Below, in pieces: positions 60,972 to 64,000 of a stretch of 64,000 bases of DNA. The position numbers were made by a program, and so were the translations under genes. The DNA comes from Paraphysomonas bandaiensis (Eukaryota; Protista; Chrysophyceae). The number at the start of each line of letters is the position of its first letter. Positions within the stretch are counted from its first letter, which is position 1. The stretch spans positions 231,729 through 295,728 of the forward strand of contig CBFFRP010000430.1 in the NCBI GenBank assembly GCA_965644295.1. The letters run 5' to 3'. The notes under the pieces are model-generated. The model saw only the letters and a list, made by a program, of their open reading frames with translations, searched no databases and had not been told where the DNA came from.

Positions 60972-63900
60972 TATTAGAATATGGATCTTATTCTAGTATA
61001 TTCAGTATGTCACTTGAAGACAATGTACGAGAATACAGTGAAATATAGTGATGTACAAATGCTGCGATGATATTGAGAAACTGAAATAGGTTGACCTTTC
61101 AAGATATGTTCAGTAACGAGAGGTTCGCATATGTAGGATATTATGCAGGGATTATAATGAGTTAGTGTTGGTTATCACAACTTCGTGTAAACGATATTAA
61201 TAAATCTATCTAGTCTTACGACAAATTCTCTCTGTGATCTAGTGTAAAATGAGCGTTTCTCAACATGGTAGCGAGCGAGGAGGAGAGAAGGAGGATAGAG
61301 GAGTAGTGCCACAGTTTAATGAGAGCAATGTTGAACAATGGATTGAGGACTTCGAAACATTCCTCATGAGGAAAGAGCAAAGTGAAGTAGCGGTGGAGCC
61401 ACCACCGAAGGAAAGCGACTTTGGGGAACAGCCACTCACGTTAATGGAGGAGAAGTCTTACAGACAGGCTGTGAAGAAGTACTGGAAGGCGAATGCCATA
61501 GCGTATTCGTACTGCAGAGAGGCAGTGCAAACATCTTCGAAGGCGCTTCAGAAATTCCATCTTCTACATAAAGGGTTCAAGGCTGATGGAAAAGGAAGCA
61601 ACAGGTTTAAGGCGCATATTATGATTGATGAGTTGAAGAAGTGCTTTGCTGGAGGGAAGCAAAACAAGATCAGTGAACTGTTGACTCAGTATGGCTCTTT
61701 CCGTATGCGTCCGGAGGAGACTGCGAAGGACTATATAATACGGTTTGAAATACTGCTGAAAGAGCTACAGGAGCAGCAGCAGGACATATCGGAGCTCTCA
61801 AAAATAACACGGTTACGAGAAGGTCTGTTGAATGAAGAATATGCTCCTCTGAATGTTGCTTTGTATTTGATGCCTGATGATGTTGATTATGCAACATTAT
61901 CAAGGAAGATAGAACGGTATGATGATACCATTCCTGGAAGGATTGCGTTAGAGCGGAAACGCAAGAAGGTGGAGGAGCTGAATGGAGGAGCTGAATTTCA
62001 TCGAAAAGAGCAAACGGTCTCGAACGGAACGGGATAAGCGTAAGAAGGGCAACTGTAGATATTGCAGGAAAGAAGGAATTCCTCATAGCCATTCAACTGA
62101 ACAGTGCAGGAGGAAGCAGAGGAAGAAGGATGGAGAGATATCAGGGCAGCGTCCTGGAAGTGCTGAGTACACGGGATGCAGAAATTGCAAGTCTCTGGAA
62201 CATCTTGCTGCTGATTGTCCAACGACGAAGAAAAAGCATTCTAGAAGAGGAGAGAAAGGGAAAAATCATGGTAGGAAGCCGGACAAAAGGCTGCTGACAG
62301 TAGAGAATATACGGCGTGGAGAACCAGCAGATTTCTCTGATGAAGATGAAGCTAATATGATCGAGGATGTTATGAAATTGTCATGCAATATACATGAAAC
62401 GAATATATGTAGTGTAAATGATGACATGCATTATACATATATTGACACCTGCTGTTCATCATCAATGTTCTTGATGAATGATGTGACCATGCTTGACACT
62501 CATATGAATACATCAAAGGTGATAAACGGATCTAAGAAGGGATCAGAGATTCATATCACAAGTGTGGGTTCCCGTGGAGCATGGAGAGACATAGAAATTT
62601 CAGATCAGATCAATCGATGCCTGTGCTCCGGACGTAAGCTGAACGAAATGGGGTATGGATTCACGGTGTGGTATGGGATCCAAATTTATGACTGTAATAC
62701 CGGTGAGCTGGTACTGGAGGGACCCATGAAGAATGGAATGACTGCAGTTCCAACTCAGCAGCTGTTGGAGCTTCCAGATGTGTCTACACCGAGTAATTGT
62801 GAAGTAAATCTTAGCGATAGGACTGGTGAGGACGAGCTGGAGTTGCTGCATCGGAGAGCGGGTCATTTCAACAAACATGCATTAGTGGAGGCACATAAGC
62901 GGATGCTCATCATGGGTACGGGGTTGAAACGAAAACACCTCACAGCCAAGGTACACAAAAATCAGTGTTTGTGTGATGTGTGTGCCAGGTCTAAGATAAC
63001 CCGAGTCAGCTTCCGAACGAAGGACGAGAATTCCGTTAGACCGAATTTTTCAGCAGATATCGCTGTGTACTTAAATTGTCCTGCTAGAGGAGGTGAGAGG
63101 TATGTGTTAAAGATAACGCATCATGCCAGCAAAATGTTCTGGGCGACGGGTTTAGTCCACAGAAATGGGGAAGCGGTCTTAGAAGTCTTGAAAGAGCTAT
63201 TTAGAGGAGATGTTAAAAGGTACAAGCTCAAGATGGAGCACTATCATGCCGATGGTGCAGGAGAATTAATCAGTGAAGAGCTGCGTCAGTATCTTAGGAC
63301 ACAGGAGTGCTATCAACATACATGGAGCTCAACAGACTCTCCAGAAATGAATGCCGTAGAGGAGAGGAAGTTCAGAACTGCTGGAGAGATGACTCTTGCA
63401 ATGCTAATCCAATCTGGACTGCCACCGCAATTTTGGCTGGATGCATACATGGCAGCCAGATATATTTTGATTCGATTGCCAACGAAAACAGATAAAGGGT
63501 ATATGTCTCCTATAGAGTTTCTAACGGGCGAGCCTCCAAATTTGAGATATCTTAGGGTATGGGGGTGTCGAACTTATGTTCTTTCACCGAAGGCGGATCG
63601 ACGAAAGGATTGGGAGGATAAGGCTCTAGTTGGATATTTAATGGGTTACTCTGATGAGAAGGTAGGATACCATGTATATCTTCCTGAATCAAACAAGGTG
63701 GTGACTACAGTCCATATATTGACTGATGAGTCAACGCCATCACGATCAGAGAAGTATTTCGCAGAGATTGATGCTCTTCGAGTGCGGGAGGCCGCTAGAC
63801 CCAAGCTTGCATCCGACTATGCCAGCTTAGAAGGAACGTATCATATTGATGATGAGGACGGACTTCTGTATAAGACAACAAGAGTTGTAGAACGTAAGGG

Positions 63901-64000
63901 TGTGATTGTAGCATACCGTTCACTTGTTACTGCAGGTCGTGAGCATATAGAGCACCGGGTGCCTATACACGTCGAAGACGTGGTGCGTATGACTGCAGAA
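60972..64000 (+). mobile_element. Second copy of the Copia element (5' LTR 60972-61265), frameshifted, runs off the window
   Basis: Near-identical to 13595-19105 in the opposite orientation; a 13-nt duplication GGAGGAGCTGAAT at about 61971-61996 truncates the ORF that starts at 61249. Confidence 0.96.

Noticed and set aside
1-64000. tRNA, rRNA or telomeric repeats
   Set aside because: None recognised by eye; a tRNAscan/Rfam run would be needed to exclude them.

Overview
Gene-dense, AT-rich eukaryotic nuclear DNA with very short (about 44-65 nt) spliceosomal introns. It is most likely from a flagellated stramenopile, judging by a Sig/mastigoneme-type EGF module, PT-repeat stalks and ciliary proteins. 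Housekeeping genes lie mostly in head-to-head pairs whose promoter intervals carry (CATA)n/(TATG)n tracts: two CTL/PNS1-like transporters, MIC60, SEC61-beta, VMP1, NDUFC2-like, patatin, LENG1-like, DCN1-like, TMEM267-like, an AGC kinase, ACMSD, an RCC1-repeat protein, POLE2, MAGE/NSE3-like and CCDC24-like. Mobile DNA includes an intact, very young Ty1/Copia element with unusual TA...CA LTRs plus a second frameshifted copy, a decayed PIF/Harbinger element, a hAT remnant with MITEs, and a 28/31-bp minisatellite. The most interesting region is a ~7 kb accessory island (29.4-37.3 kb) bounded by a ~340-bp direct repeat. It encodes two OAS/CD-NTase-like nucleotidyltransferase units that a predicted 44-nt intron joins in frame into one ~487-aa two-domain enzyme, a third relic unit, a divergently transcribed orphan gene and an intronless secreted CxxHDxC protein. 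A ~150-bp oriented element occurs in pairs just upstream of this NTase, the patatin and the F-box/ankyrin gene. All assignments come from reading the sequence; no database searches were run.
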